49,401 bases of DNA, taken from contig NC_057711.1 in assembly GCF_004010195.1 (NCBI RefSeq), positions 69,915,586 to 69,964,986 of the forward strand. Reading direction: 5' to 3'. The translations under genes and the position numbers were made by a program. Below are positions 13,226 to 25,732 of this stretch, piece by piece. Under the pieces are notes generated by a model. The model ran no database searches and was not told where the DNA came from. It saw nothing but the letters and a program-made list of their open reading frames with translations. This DNA comes from Chiloscyllium plagiosum (Eukaryota). Position 1 is the first letter of the stretch; every line of letters starts with the position of its first letter.

Positions 13226-16210
13226 GTATAAGGTCAAATGAGACCCGGCAATTAACATCTGTTATTTGTCTGACTCTCTCAAGTGTTTGGGATTGCCATC
13301 CACTCCATTTAGAGTTGAAACGTGGTCTAGAAAATATTCTGCCTTATGGATGATTAAATGCTCAGATCAAGGAAGCACGTGTAGCTTTTCTGAGCAGTTT
13401 CATATGTTTGTGTATTTTATTCTGCTTTCCCCTGGTCAATGATATGGAGATTATATTTCAGGAATAGCAGTTTGGGGACCATGAGTTCAAATAACTGTTT
13501 GAGAATCTGATATTGTGTATTTTTATTTTAAAATATTTAAAATAAAAAGCTGACAATCGTGCAGATAACCATAAAGTTGTGGGAAGTAAAAGTCCACATG
13601 GTTCACTCATGTTCTTTAAGAAAGGGAGTTTGCAGTCCCTACTCAGTACGGCCTTTGTGTGACTCCTGCTTCACACCAACATAGTTGTAATGTCCAAACA
13701 ACACATTCAGTAAAATCAAACAGCTAGAAGATGAAGACACCCCTTGTTATGCAAAACGTTTGAAGTAGGCTGACATGGCAGGAAGCATGACTGCCTGGCC
13801 CACTTCATCATGAAAGAGGCGCCATGTCAGTCTTCTGGTGGCTGCCAAACCTCCCCTTATTAAGGGCATCTCATCTGGATCCTTCGTCATGGCTCGCAGA
13901 ATGTCGTCATTCTCTGACTAGATGGAGAGACCTCACCATCTGGGCATGACAGAGCCCCAGCCTAGAGATGTGCAAAAGATTAGGAATTTATTAGTAGTGT
14001 CTGTATTTCCAATCCAAATAATAATATTCTCAGAAAATCATTTGAAATCATTCGACTGCTACTGAAAATGGTGTGCCATTTATAGAAATGTAATTTGAAA
14101 TGTTGTCTATATAGGGTTTGGTTTGCAGGATCATTTCATGCCAAAAAATGCATTTTTGAAACTAATTTTTAATGAGAGTTATTTTGAATTAGATCATTGA
14201 TAGTTTAGTCTTGTCCTTATTATTACCAAAATTACTCTGCATTCCCACTAATTGAGGTAGAATTATTGGGTCATTCCAACTAACATTCAATTGGGCACTT
14301 TAACTTGCCAACTCATAAGACGTCAATATAGAACAGAATAATCAGATTGTGATTTAGAGTGAAATTCTGTTTAAGTTGATGGATGGAGAAGTTGGAGATA
14401 TTTCCAGTTTGTTAACAAGTTATCCCTTGTAACTCAGTGTAAAACAGTTTTGATTCTGATAAGTCAGAGAATGTTTCTTCAAGCACCATGTTTTTTGAGT
14501 GATGGGTACTACAGACATGAAAAAAGTTCCTGCTGCTACATGTGTATTTTCTGTATTACTAGAGTGCATTCTGATTATATGCCTTACCCAAGTAATTAAA
14601 AATAAATCCAATTTACTTGGACTTTATTCCAAAATTGAGATAGTGTGAAGCGATATATAGATTGTAGTGTAGGGTGAAACACTGTTTGTTGATCATTTGG
14701 ACTGTGATTAACTCAAAATTGAATCTTGACTACAGTAGAATATTTTGCAAGTAGTTATTTGAATGATACGTTGATTTTTGGAGAAGTCCTGTTGGAGTCA
14801 GTGCTCAGTATTGACCTTCTCTGTTAAGTGGCAGGAAACCATCAATAATATGAGCTACCGCAAATTGTAGATAATGTGATTGACTGCTACCTCTGAATCG
14901 GAACGAAATCAGAAACAAATCAGGAGCATATAAGGACGTCAACAGTAACAGCACAAAGATTACCAATTATACATTGGCATTCATGTTTTTTCTTTCTTTA
15001 TGAATAAATGGCATAGGGCTTTTTACTAGCTCCAGTGCAAATCAAAGGCAAAAATTGTTGACTGTAAATCATTTGACAATGGTAAGGATAGATTTTCGTC
15101 TATATTTAGGAAAATACTGTTTTTCCAGTCGTGGTTGGTAGATTGTTCCCTATAAATAATGGTTTATAATATTAGAAGTGGTAATTAATGCATTGAATAG
15201 GTTTCATATAATTATGCTAGCTTGTGACAGTCTTTCGTATATTATGTCACAGATTAATTTCCCTCCTGCTAGTCTGCCTGAGCTAGTCAATCCCCACTCC
15301 CCTCCCAAGAAAACACTTTAGACTTTTCCATATTATTTTCTTTTGCTTGAAGAAATGCAATGTTCTTCCATGACTGTATTAATTTTTCCTCTAACCTGTC
15401 AAATTGCCTTTTGCTATCACGAAGAACCTCATTAGCCACGTGACTTCTCCAGCCACATTAGCCATGTGGCCACTTCAGCTACCACCACTCAGAAGCCATT
15501 AACCTGTCAGACTAACAATTTGCATAGCATAAGGGTTTGAAAAAAAATCTCAAACCTGCTACTAACTGTTGGAATAAGTCAATTCTGAGCCCGGTAGTTG
15601 GTCACTTTCTGTTGAATTAAATGTAGCATCTGACAAAAGTGACAAAAAAACCTCCAACAGTACTAAATTTAATTCATACTTTAGATAGCTTTCCATGGTA
15701 CCTGGTTACCATTTAGGATATATTCCATCTTGCATATTCTCCACTGTAGAGAAACTCCCTGTTGCCCATTTCAAAAAAACAGGACTCTTGCCCTGGTATC
15801 TGATAGATCCAGTAGGTTTGTGATCATAGTGAACCTGTTAGAACTTCTTGGAGAAGGAAATTTCCTATCCCTCCTCAAGGTAACTCCAACCTCACTGTTG
15901 ACATTAATCTTTTTTAAATGCTCCAAGCGTTCAGTTGCTTGAAGTTCCATCTTTCCCACCTTCTACATGGCAACTAAGCTTCAATAGTAATTTCTGCTTT
16001 GCAATACCCACATCCCAAGGTGTTATTTTAAAAATATGTTATATTAAACAGTTTCTCCATTTCTAAAGGTTAGAGCATTTGAGTACAAATGATTTTTCCA
16101 GTGTTTTCTGCAAAGTCACCATTATAGAAATCCAATTATTTTCATGACCAGCATCATACCTTGTGAAAGCTTCAGTATGTTTTGAATAAAGTTGTATTTG
16201 TTTTTGACAG

Positions 16211-16305
16211 GCTATTCTGAATGAGAATGAAGATCTACCTAAGATATTTCTAGACTTTCTTAACATTCGTCATCTCCCTGCTTTACCAAAGGTTGAAAGT
16301 TGCAG
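16211..16305 (+). CDS. SNX24: Sorting nexin 24, internal coding exon (95 nt, phase 0 to 2; end of PX domain)
   Basis: tttgtttttgacAG|...|GTaagt; translates AILNENEDLPKIFLDFLNIRHLPALPKVESC, matching recalled vertebrate SNX24 AVILENEELPKLFLDFLNVRHLPSLPKAESC. Confidence 0.95.
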
Positions 16306-16359
16306 GTAAGTTAACTGTTTGTTTTGAAATTAGCCACTATCACCCACTCATTTGTATAC

Positions 16360-16813
16360 TGTTGTGGTTCTGTTCGCCGAGCTGGGAATTTGTGTTGCAG
16401 GCGTTTCGTCCCCTGTCTAGGTGACATCCTCAGTGCTTGGGAGCCTCCTGTGAAGCGCTTCTGTGATGTTTCCTCTGGCATTTATAGTGATTTGTATCTG
16501 CCGCTTCCGGTTGTCAGTTCCAGCTGTCCGCTGCGGTGGCCGGTATATTGGGTCCAGGTCGATGTGCTTATTCATTGAATCTGTGGATGAGTGCCATGTC
16601 TCTAGGAATTCCTTGGCTGTTCTCTGGCTTGTCCTATAATAGTAGTGTTGTCCCAGTTGAACTCATGTTGCTTGTCACCTGAGTGTGTGGCTACTAAGGA
16701 TAGCTGGTCATGTCGTTTCGTGGCTAGTTGGTGTTCATGGATGCAGATCGTTAACTGTCTTCCTGTTTGTTCTATGTTTGTCCAAACAGAGAACAGCCAG
16801 GGAATTCCTAGAG
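16360..16813 (-). mobile_element. Penelope/Poseidon-like element 3' fragment (GIY-YIG C-terminus plus pLTR) with a short inverted piece at 16782-16813
   Basis: Minus ORF QTGRQLTICIHEHQLATKRHDQLSLVATH...HEFNWDNTTIIGQA; near-identical to the copies at 38329-38995; hammerhead-like motif at 16397-16436. Confidence 0.88.
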
Positions 16814-16929
16814 ATTCCCAGTGCCTAGAAAAGTTATTTTGCAAAGTGACCCATTTTAGCACTTGAAAGTTAACATGTCTCTAGATGCCAGATTAATAAT
16901 AACACTGTGTACAGTACATGAAGAGGAAC

Positions 16930-17200
16930 TGATATAGTGGTAATGTCACTCGAATAGTTCAGCAATCCAGACTAATGCTGTGAGGACACAGGAGAAAATT
17001 CCACCATGGCTAATGGTAGAAATTAAATGAATAAAATTACTAATGTTCTTGAGAGAAGGAAATCTACCATCTAGCCTGTATATAACTCCAGGCATACAGC
17101 AATGTAGTTGACTCTTAACTGATCTCTGAAATGGCCTGGTAAGCCATGCATCTCAATGCCAACTAGGAATGGGCTGCAAATGCTGGCCTTGTCAACGTCA
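16930..17200 (+). mobile_element. Decayed tRNA-headed SINE; related fragment at ~13470-13690
   Basis: tagtggtaatgtcact head, aattccaccatggc, body gaaggaaatctaccatc...cagcaatgtagttgactcttaactg; tail aactaggaatgggctgcaaatgctggcc resembles the LINE 3' ends at 32905-33000 and 46590-46640. Confidence 0.6.
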
Positions 17201-17369
17201 TATAAATGCACCAAGAAAGAGTAAAGGATAATTCAAAACCCTTGTGAACTTTAATAAGAGACTTCCTAACGATGAAATGATTTTATGTACAGCTTTAATT
17301 TTCACTGAAACTCTATATTCCTGGTGACAGAATACTCAGCGAAATCCCTCTCTGTTCCCCATGTGTCCC

Positions 17370-17695
17370 AAACACACTGTAATCAGCCTTCTCCTTTCAG
17401 AGGCACAGGAACCTTCCCCACACCACACAACATACACTAATTATTCCCTCTCTGCCTGACTGACCCCTCCAACACACACACACACGCTGCAATCAACCTT
17501 TCTCCCACTCACAAACAGGAAATCCACTTGCCTCCTTAACTGGTGTAATCAGCCCATGTTCTCCACACAGACTAATCAATTCCTCTCACTTCCCACCCGT
17601 TACAGACATTAATTGTCCCCTTTCCAAATCTTCCACACCACCCCAACATATACACAGATACTCACTCACTGTAATCGGTCCCTCCTCCCAAACCT
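17370..17695. repeat. Degenerate C/A-rich minisatellite
   Basis: About seven irregular recurrences of an acac-(ctg)taat(c)-..ccctc-type core, e.g. near 17378, 17437, 17487, 17544, 17572, 17609 and 17669. Confidence 0.55.
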
Positions 17696-17879
17696 CCGCA
17701 CAGTTTGGCCAGTGGAACAATGCAGCAGCTCAGGCAGTGTAAGCCTTAGCCTGAGCAAGTGTGTAGCTAATTCACCATCTCCATTCTTCTGATGTGCCTA
17801 CCTGCCATTGCCAATGAAGCATTTCACATTTTCTTTTGACATATTCATTTGACATACTCATAATTAAAATTGCTGTCCC

Positions 17880-18070
17880 TGTTGACAGCAGTTCCCTGGT
17901 GCAGTCTCCTTGGCAAGGCCTCATTTGCAGTCAACTTGCCAATAAACAAGTGCTGTTTACCCATGCAGTACAAATTGTTGCTTCCTTCAAAAATTTGGAA
18001 TTCTTGTAAGTGTCCTGATGAATGCAGCTCTAAAAGCTTTGCCAGCATATCACTTTTTTCAGTAATATTC
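17880..18070 (+). mobile_element. Penelope-like pLTR remnant (degenerate hammerhead)
   Basis: tgtc-CTGATGA-atgcagctct-AAAA-gcttt-gcca at 18011-18044; upstream gcagtacaaattgttgc. Confidence 0.45.
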
Positions 18071-18649
18071 ATGCAAATTTTACTTTGCAAACTCCACTTG
18101 AACAAACTTACACCTGTAGGAAAGCAATGTACTTGAAGTTGTCCAGTTACAGACTGTATCATGTAATAATTAGAAAGTTTATTACCCCATCAGCCTCTCC
18201 TAACTCTGCACCCTCAGTTACTACCCACCCAAGAACTGACACCTCCTCAGACTCCAGTTAGTTTTTGCAGATTAATTCCGATCTCGGCTAAGGAATAATG
18301 AGTCCTCTACATAAAACATTTACTGTTTTTCTTCTCCAACACCATTTACAGAGGAAGCAGGCCATCAGTGCTTAGGTTGGATCCAATGGAAGGCTTCAGT
18401 GAGAGAAGGATGGAAAAGGCAAGAGAAATCCATAACTCATGACAAATTGATTTGTTGTATTGTTGGCAACTGGTGGGAATCTCGTTACTTACTTGGAAAT
18501 AGAAGCTAAATATCGAGCATGAGCAGGATGGTCTTCGCCTGAGTCTCAATGCAGGGTTTGCTCTTAAAGGCGGATCTTCCTGAGATTAACATCTGGATCT
18601 ACTGAAGATTGTGGCTTCAGTATGTTCCATTGTTCAGCTGTGATAAAGT

Positions 18650-18850
18650 TTGGCTCATCCAGTACTGTATCTCACATCAGGGGCAGTGGAGGAATTGAAA
18701 GAGATGTTTGTTTGAAACAGCTGACTGTCACTTGTGTACATGAGGAAGCTAATGCCATGTCTCAGTGACATCACCAAGAGGTAGCAGATGGATGAGAAAT
18801 AGCAAATGGCAAGAATAAAGAATGGGGGAAATTTGGGAGACAATTGTCCT
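18650..18850 (-). mobile_element. Old L2-like LINE RT fragment
   Basis: Minus strand reads LLFLIHLLPLGDV / RHGISFLMYTSDSQLF across a frameshift, a decayed LFxIYMLPLGxIIRRHGISFHxYADDTQLY motif. Confidence 0.65.
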
Positions 18851-19077
18851 GGGCTTGGAAGAGTATCCGGTTTAGGTTCTTCTCTAGTTAAGCTGAATAT
18901 GTAGGAGTGGCACTCGAGGAGAGCATGTCTAATTTGCTGGACATGGAAGGGTAGGGTGTTATTATCAACTATTGGAAAGTAATTTTGTGTCTAGTTCTTT
19001 AACTGTTGGATTACAAAACTGACTGATTCTAGATAGTTTCTGAACCTAATTCATTGATTGAATTTTATTATTTATGA

Positions 19078-19235
19078 ATGAGATGGACATAGTTCTTAGG
19101 GCTAAACTGTCCAAAGGGTATGGAACAAAAGAGGGAGTGGAGTACTGAGTATAGTAATCAGCCATGATCATCTTAATGGAGCAGGCTCAGAGGTCCAAAT
19201 GGTCTACTCCTGTTCCTATTTTCTATGATTCTCGA
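19078..19235 (+). mobile_element. CR1 3'-tail fragment; similar fragments at ~25185-25345 (+), 26975-27225 (-), 31860-32170 (+), 34185-34345 (+) and 40905-41170 (-)
   Basis: atcagccatgatcat...gagcaggctcagaggtccaaatggtctactcctgttcctattttctatg, homologous to the tail at 35490-35573. Confidence 0.75.
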
Positions 19236-19499
19236 CTATGTGACTTGTAATATTGTGGCTGTAAGTTTTCTTTATTTACAAATACCCTACATGGGATCAA
19301 TCCATAGATAGTGTAGACAGTTGATCAACCTGATGCCTTTGTTTTCCTTTTGTCCCTTTTCCTGTCATTGGTATGGGATGGTGATGAGCATTCTTGTACT
19401 CTGGTTTTATATTTTCAGTTGGTTGTGCTGAGAAGCCCTTTGTAACAAGATGGTGCTAGTTAATAAAGTTCATGTTGACCTTTTAGGGATTGGGCCATG

Positions 19500-19715
19500 C
19501 TCAGTCCTGCAGGTCAAGTGCATACAGTCAGCTAATCATTGTATGTTCTGTGTGAGGCTCAAGCAGATGGTTGTCTCTGACAATCCTTGGAGTGTTGTGA
19601 GACGTTCTATAGAGGAAGTGGTCCTCCTGGGAGCAGATGCAGCGGAGGAAGTGGGAGTAAGGGAGCAGTTTAATTTGATTAGCTAGGGAAAATGAGAGGT
19701 ATCTATACAAACGCT
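19500..19715 (-). mobile_element. Penelope-like (Neptune-type) RT/thumb fragment
   Basis: Minus ORF IKLLPYSHFLRCICSQEDHF resembles the IPYSQFLRLRRICS motif. Confidence 0.5.
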
Positions 19716-21120
19716 CTTAAACTTACAGCTTTTCACTCCTGACCATCGAGATAAGAGCTGAGAAGGAAAGGGAGGGGGGTTTCAAGATATGGCCTGTTAC
19801 AGACAATAGAGGCTGGAGTTATCTTTGCCAAACAGCTCACTCCTTCAGAATCATCCTGAAATGCAGAGGCCTGTCAACCCAGATAGTGCCTGATGTAGCA
19901 AACCAAATCTGGTGACCTGTATTGTACAAAATGGTTTACCATTTAAACCATTGGACTTATTCAGAGGATGTAAGGCCACACCAGGGAGAATAATCATGGT
20001 GAGGGAGAGGAAAGCTTTTACTGAGAAGGTGAACATCAGTGGTGGAACGAAGGTGTGACTGAGCAACTACAGAAATATCGTGGCAAATAAGCAACTGCAA
20101 CAAAGACTAAACAACTTTGAAATTTGAAAGTGTGTTGAAAGTGGTTTGGAAAAGAGTTAATTTTTAAAACCGATTGGTTCCAAAATTTATATCCTTGGCT
20201 TTGCTCCCTTAATTAATTTGCGTGTTTTTTTTGAGGGATAAAAGGATTTTTCATAACAAATATTACAAATTAATTAATCATCAAAGCCAATGATATAACA
20301 AGATGCTGAATTATGATATGTAGTACTTTCTGGTATGATTTTATTCTGTAAGAACCAGAAAAGAACATAGTAGGTTCCATACACGACTTCTAATAGACAC
20401 CATACCACAATAATTGGTTAACTATTAAATCTCAGCATAATATGCCAAACATGTGTAGTGAGGATGTGTGAAACTCTTGTCAAATTTATAAAACAGCCTT
20501 TTAATCATGAAAACAAGAACAGTGTGTTGAGAGATTCATCCTAAAATTGTCATTTTAAAAACTTCTTGATCAAAGTTGCAACAAAGATGGAAAGTTTATT
20601 TGTTTTACCATCAAGCAGATCAAACTTGTAAAGGTGGCTTTTACTTCTTCCATGAAAGACAGACACTACCATAACAGTTGTCACGGAAGAGTTTTGAATG
20701 TTGAACAGCAGGAGTAAAGTTGGTTTCTGTTAGTGTTATGACTTTATGGCTCCCATCCAAAAAGTGGAGGGACTGATTAAGACCAAACAAGAAGGGCAAA
20801 GAAATTAAAAGGTAATCAATAAAGGCAAAAGGAGAGAAAGCAAAAATATTCAAATGAACCAATGAAAATTAAGCAATAATTCATCCTTTCAGTCCCTCAT
20901 TTTTTGTTTCCTTATAACAAGTGCAATATAAAAGTTAAACCTCCTAAGCATACCCATTATGCTTTGCTAAATTTTTGGCAATCTTACAAACTTCAAATTG
21001 GAGTTTGCTAGTACACCCTATGCTATTTGGTTGGAGGGAGTTGGTTAGTTCTGTTGATTGGACAGCCATTTTGTGCTGCACAATGGCTGCAGCTGAGGTT
21101 ATTATGCCATCTTATCATGC

Positions 21121-21215
21121 CTTTCCTGATGAAGGGCTTATGCCCGGAATGTCGACTCTCCTGCTCCTCGGATGATGCCTGACCTGCTGTGCTTTTCCAG
21201 CACCACAAATCAACT
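21121..21215 (+). mobile_element. Penelope-like pLTR fragment with degenerate hammerhead, followed by further repeat fragments to ~21395
   Basis: CTGATGA-a-gggc(ttat)gccc-GGAA-tgtc-gactctcctgctcctcggatgatgcctgacctgctgtgcttttccagcac, homologous to 46787-46919. Confidence 0.75.
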
Positions 21216-21633
21216 CCTGCCATCTTCTCAACCTTGCCCTGAGCCCAAGACATAGTGACCCTCGGGTTAAACTCATCACAGTCATCTCTCGCTAATGAGA
21301 ACACAGTTATCATTCTCGGAGACTATGGTGACTTTACCTTTACCTAGTCAAAAATGACAACACCACACAGTCCAACACTGGCACCTCCGCATCAGCAATT
21401 AATTATGGCTGATCAGTGAGAAGGAAGTTTGATTTTGAGGAGATGATATTGCCTTAGACGCTTTCTCTCTTGTCACAGGATAGTGTTTCTGGAACAAATG
21501 AAAATAACCCCCAAAAACATCTGACAATTTGTTAAACCTCTAGCTAATTGTTTTTTCAGTAACTATATAGGTATTATAATTAATAGGCAAAATATCACAT
21601 ATAATAATGTGTTAAAATAATTTTCATTTTTAG

Positions 21634-21666
21634 TTCCATTGATGACTGTGATTATGAAGAATTCAG
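21634..21666 (+). CDS. SNX24: SNX24 33-nt coding exon (phase 2 to 2)
   Basis: ttttcatttttAG|ttccattgatgactgtgattatgaagaattcag|GTaaga; encodes (S)SIDDCDYEEF(S), aligning to recalled GSFDETESEESS and keeping frame with both neighbours. Confidence 0.88.
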
Positions 21667-22834
21667 GTAAGATTTCATCATTTCTCTTCAATCTACTTAG
21701 TTGAGAACAAGGTAAGTGAAGTGTTAAGCCACATATTTCATGCCATCCACCTTCAGCATCATCTTATTGGTACGAAGCAACTTTTAAATCTGTGAAAATC
21801 AGTTTACTTGTGAAATCTCAAATACAATCAAGAAAACTGAGAAACTCTGGCTGTGAATATTGAACATTTCCAGATCAATACATGGATCAGGAAAATTGAA
21901 CTGATTAATCCTAAAGGCACAAGCTATGTAGATATCTTTACCAGTGCTGCCAACTTAATCCACCGTAGGATGTTCAGGACACCATAACATTTCAAGATAT
22001 GAGATTTCCAGATACTCAAATTTACCAAAAGGTATAATACACCATCCACCATGACCAAGTATTCTTCCCTTCACCTTGCTGTCAATCCTTGGGACTTCGA
22101 CAAAAACTTTAAGGAAATCCATCACAGCTATGTTACTTAAAAGTGGAATACTTCTGGCCATTCCTGAACAACTAACTGAAGAAGAGAGTAATTATTAAGG
22201 TAGATCAGCAGATTAGTGACCATTACTATTCTTATGATCTGTGGATTTGAGTTAGTTAATTATCCCTAAGTTATTACTAAAGTCTAGGATCTTATTGGTT
22301 TGATCCTCTTGAATCAGCTCAGGGTAATGTTTTCATTAGGCTTTAAATCTTTTTTTCAAAAATAGAGGAGAAAGTACTTAGGTTTTGTTTGCTCTGACCT
22401 GATAGTATAAAGACATCTATCATTGAATATTTGAATTAAGTAGCCTCATGCTGACGTATTATTTTGAGGACAATCTTAATTTTGCCTTATTCCCCCCTCA
22501 ACCCTTTGAGTGGATGGAGTTCAAGGGACTTGTCCAAAAATCCTAAAGCAGTTGTGACATGGCTATCAACTACTGTAAAAGAGGAAAATGTCTTCAGTAC
22601 AATTTGTTTTTGACTGGAAGCTTAAAAAGCTTCTTCTGTATTCTATTTGCCAAGACCTTGAATGTATAAATCAATTAGTTATATTGGAAGTGAGGTGTTT
22701 CTTCTCGGTTATATTTATTTGATAGAGTATGAATCAAGTTTTGTGATCTTTCTAATTGAGATCACACTTCCTGTGATCCTTTTTAAACAGTAAATCTTTT
22801 TCAGTCCTCTTTGGGACATCATAGAACTTGTCAT

Positions 22835-23290
22835 AGTACTTCTTATGTCTCTCAGTGATCTTTGGAAAATAGCATTTGGATCATGGCAGGATAAGGAGCA
22901 GTAGAAAGTAATTTAGCCACACAGACCTGCTCAGTCATTATATCACACTTAATCTGTAATTCAAACTCATTTACCTGATGTTTGTCATACTCCTTGAAAC
23001 AAACAGTTAGCAAACATCTACTGAACTTAGCCATGAAAGTTTCATTGGCCCAGCATCCTCAACTCTTTTGGGATGGAGAATTCTAGGTTTCCATGAAATG
23101 GAACAGGTACTTACTTCTGTGCAAGACTGGCCTTGCTTGAACTTCAAAAATTAGTCTCCTAATTTTGGATTGATCCCCCACAAGAGGAAATGTTTTATCT
23201 ATGTCTACTGTAATAAATACTTTATTACAGTAAACATCACTTAGATCACCTCTTAACTCCCTAAACTCAAAGGAATGTAAACAGCTTTGT
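22835..23290 (-). mobile_element. Decayed CR1 3' region
   Basis: Minus ORF LHSFEFRELRGDLSDVY...VDIDKTFPLVG, typical of the CR1 ORF2 C-terminus. Confidence 0.65.
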
Positions 23291-23704
23291 GCAACCATTG
23301 TCTACTTACCTTCATTAAGGCCTGGAATGGTTAGAAAACTTAAAGGAAGTCAAGAAATATTCACATGGTTCACAACAGCTCATCTATTTTGTACTTTAAC
23401 TCATCCTGCGTCATATTGATCTTTTGTAATGTTTTTAAAGCTGAATGAATACTTACCACCTTTCATTAACAGTATATTTTTTCCTCTATTTACTCCTTTA
23501 TGTCCTCATATCTTAATCGTCCATTGTACCTTAATTATATTCTGAACTCACCATAATTTGCTTACTATACAATAGTAGTACCCCTTCAAAAACTATTCAA
23601 AAGGATGACCCTATCTTTTTTGACAATCAGCTTTGAGCCTTTTATTTAAAATAGGAGCTTATCAATTATGTGGGTGTCTTCTTTTTTGAAAATGTTGTAT
23701 TGAG

Positions 23705-23802
23705 TCTGTCTCCAAACAGATATATCCAAATATCCAATCCTCTGTCTCCAAACAGATATATCCAAATATCCAATCCTCTGTCTCCAAACAGATATATCCA
23801 AA
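23705..23802. repeat. Perfect 36-bp tandem repeat, 2.7 copies
   Basis: Unit tctgtctccaaacagatatatccaaatatccaatcc at 23705 and 23741, partial copy at 23777. Confidence 0.95.
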
Positions 23803-24336
23803 AGATACTCATTAGAAAGATACTTAGACACCTGTGATTCAATGGAATCCTTGTTGGGAACTTCAGAAGTTGTTTTTAAGAAGATTTTTATTTTTCACAA
23901 AATCTTTGATTGTTGAAGCAATTTTTAAGAAGTCACTGAAAGATATTCTTTTTTTTAAAAAAAGTGTTGTTTTGAGATATGAACATCACTGGCAAGACCA
24001 GCATTTATTACCTAAAATTAATTTACCTTGAAAAGGTGACGGTGAGCCATATTCTTCAACCACAGCAGTCCACATGGTGTAGTACTTCCACTCTACTGTT
24101 AACAGAGTTCAAATTGTTTGTAGTACACCTGAACTTCTAAAATATAAAGCAGCAAAATAACATTAACTCATACGACTTGCTGTATGGTAAACATATTATC
24201 AAACCTTGCACAGTAAAATAATGTTTTTTTTATTACATAATTCACAATCTTGGAGTTGAAAGCAAAATAGTACGTCTCTTGAATAACTGTGTTGGTGATT
24301 CCAGAATACTGACATTCTTGTCCTTGACCTTTCCAG

Positions 24337-24401
24337 CAAACTATCCCACCAGCCAGTACTGCTTTTCCTGAGGGATCCATTCATCTTACCAACAGCCACC
24401 G
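24337..24401 (+). CDS. SNX24: SNX24 65-nt coding exon (phase 2 to 1)
   Basis: ttcttgtccttgacctttccAG|...|GTaatc; encodes KLSHQPVLLFLRDPFILPTAT versus recalled KLSHQPVLLFLRDPYVLPAAS. Confidence 0.95.
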
Positions 24402-25732
24402 GTAATCAACCTGTCATCTGTTAACAGCTCTTTAGTGTTTCAGCCCTTACCACTGTAACATTATGTGAAAATTTAACTGAAGGCTAACATAAATCTAGTA
24501 GATTAAATGTTTGTAAAGGTGATGTAATGATTGGTGTTTTTCTTCTCCTCCCTTCCCTCCCTCTTCTCTTTCCTGAAAAATTTGTTCACACTTATATGCT
24601 GGAGTATTATTGACATGCCAATTCCAGAGTAATTCCAGACTGCTGATTTGAGATTGTTATGGTGATTGGAGCTCAGTTTAAGCATGTTTTCTTGTGTTTG
24701 AGTCATCTAGTTCACACCATAGAATAAGGTACGGACACCTGCGAGAGTGTGTCCTCAAAGCAGCATATTGTAAACCCAAACAGCTCTGAGGAAATTTTAA
24801 TCCTTAGTAATCACTGAATGGTGGAAAATAAAAAGCTTGATATAGTGCTGTCAGGCACAACTTGTGACTAAAATCTAACTCTCCCACCGCCCAACAGAAA
24901 ACCAATGTATTAATTAATTCTCTGTGGCCATCTAGTAATTAATATTGCCTCTGCAAAATGTAGCAAGAGGACATGGATTCAAATCATTAGAAAAATATAT
25001 AGGTAATTACCACCCAGGTAGCTCTCAACTTGCAATTTGCTAGGTATATAAAGAAAGATGAATTGATCTGAGAACGGCTAGTTTACCCTGTCTGTTTTGC
25101 CTCAACAGATTGTTTCCAACCTAATGGGTCCATGGTAGCTATTTAGAGCTCTCTTCGACAAGGGTTAGAGGATACTGGATCAGTTATTGATTTTATATGC
25201 TGAGATAGATAATGTTTTATTCAGCAAAGGTATTAAGGGATATGAGCCAAAGGCAGGAATATGGAGTTAGGCCACAAATCAGCCTTGATCCCATTGAATG
25301 AAACAGGCTGAAGAGGCTGAGTTGTCTACTCCTATTCCTACATTCTTAACACTGAACTCTTTTATGCTAAACTTCATAAACTCTCATCATGTCCCTTTGC
25401 TATTTTTTTCCATGCATGAGTAATTACCATCTGTTCCCCAAGAATTATTTGGCAGACCTTCTGAGGAACAGCATTCACCATTGGATGCTGCTGTGCTCCA
25501 ATGTACCTCTGATCCCACATTTTACATCAGATCTACCAAATCCAGATTTAGTAGAAATGCATTGCACAGCATCTCTCAGGGAGCTGCATTGTTATTAAAT
25601 AGTTATGGGAAGACAAACTACTTAAATGGAAGATATTCCTCCCTTCCCCAATAGTTAAAAATGATGAATTCTCAAAGTGCAGATTTGTAATATCTCCTCT
25701 GTCCTCATATTCCTATTATGAAAATATTGCTT

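Noticed and set aside
15730..15942. EGNFLSLLK resembling the hAT GNFLELL motif
   Set aside because: The preceding RGH motif and any other transposase similarity are missing.
1..16210. Upstream SNX24 exons (expected ...RNWVPKVLEQRRQGLETYLQ)
   Set aside because: I found no matching sequence by eye; they probably lie before the window start.
21830..22200. Coding-looking unique segment (minus ORF MARSIPLL...)
   Set aside because: No recognisable domain or convincing splice signals.
23705..23802. 36-bp repeat as a CRISPR array
   Set aside because: Copies are directly adjacent with no spacers, the context is eukaryotic, and there are no cas genes.
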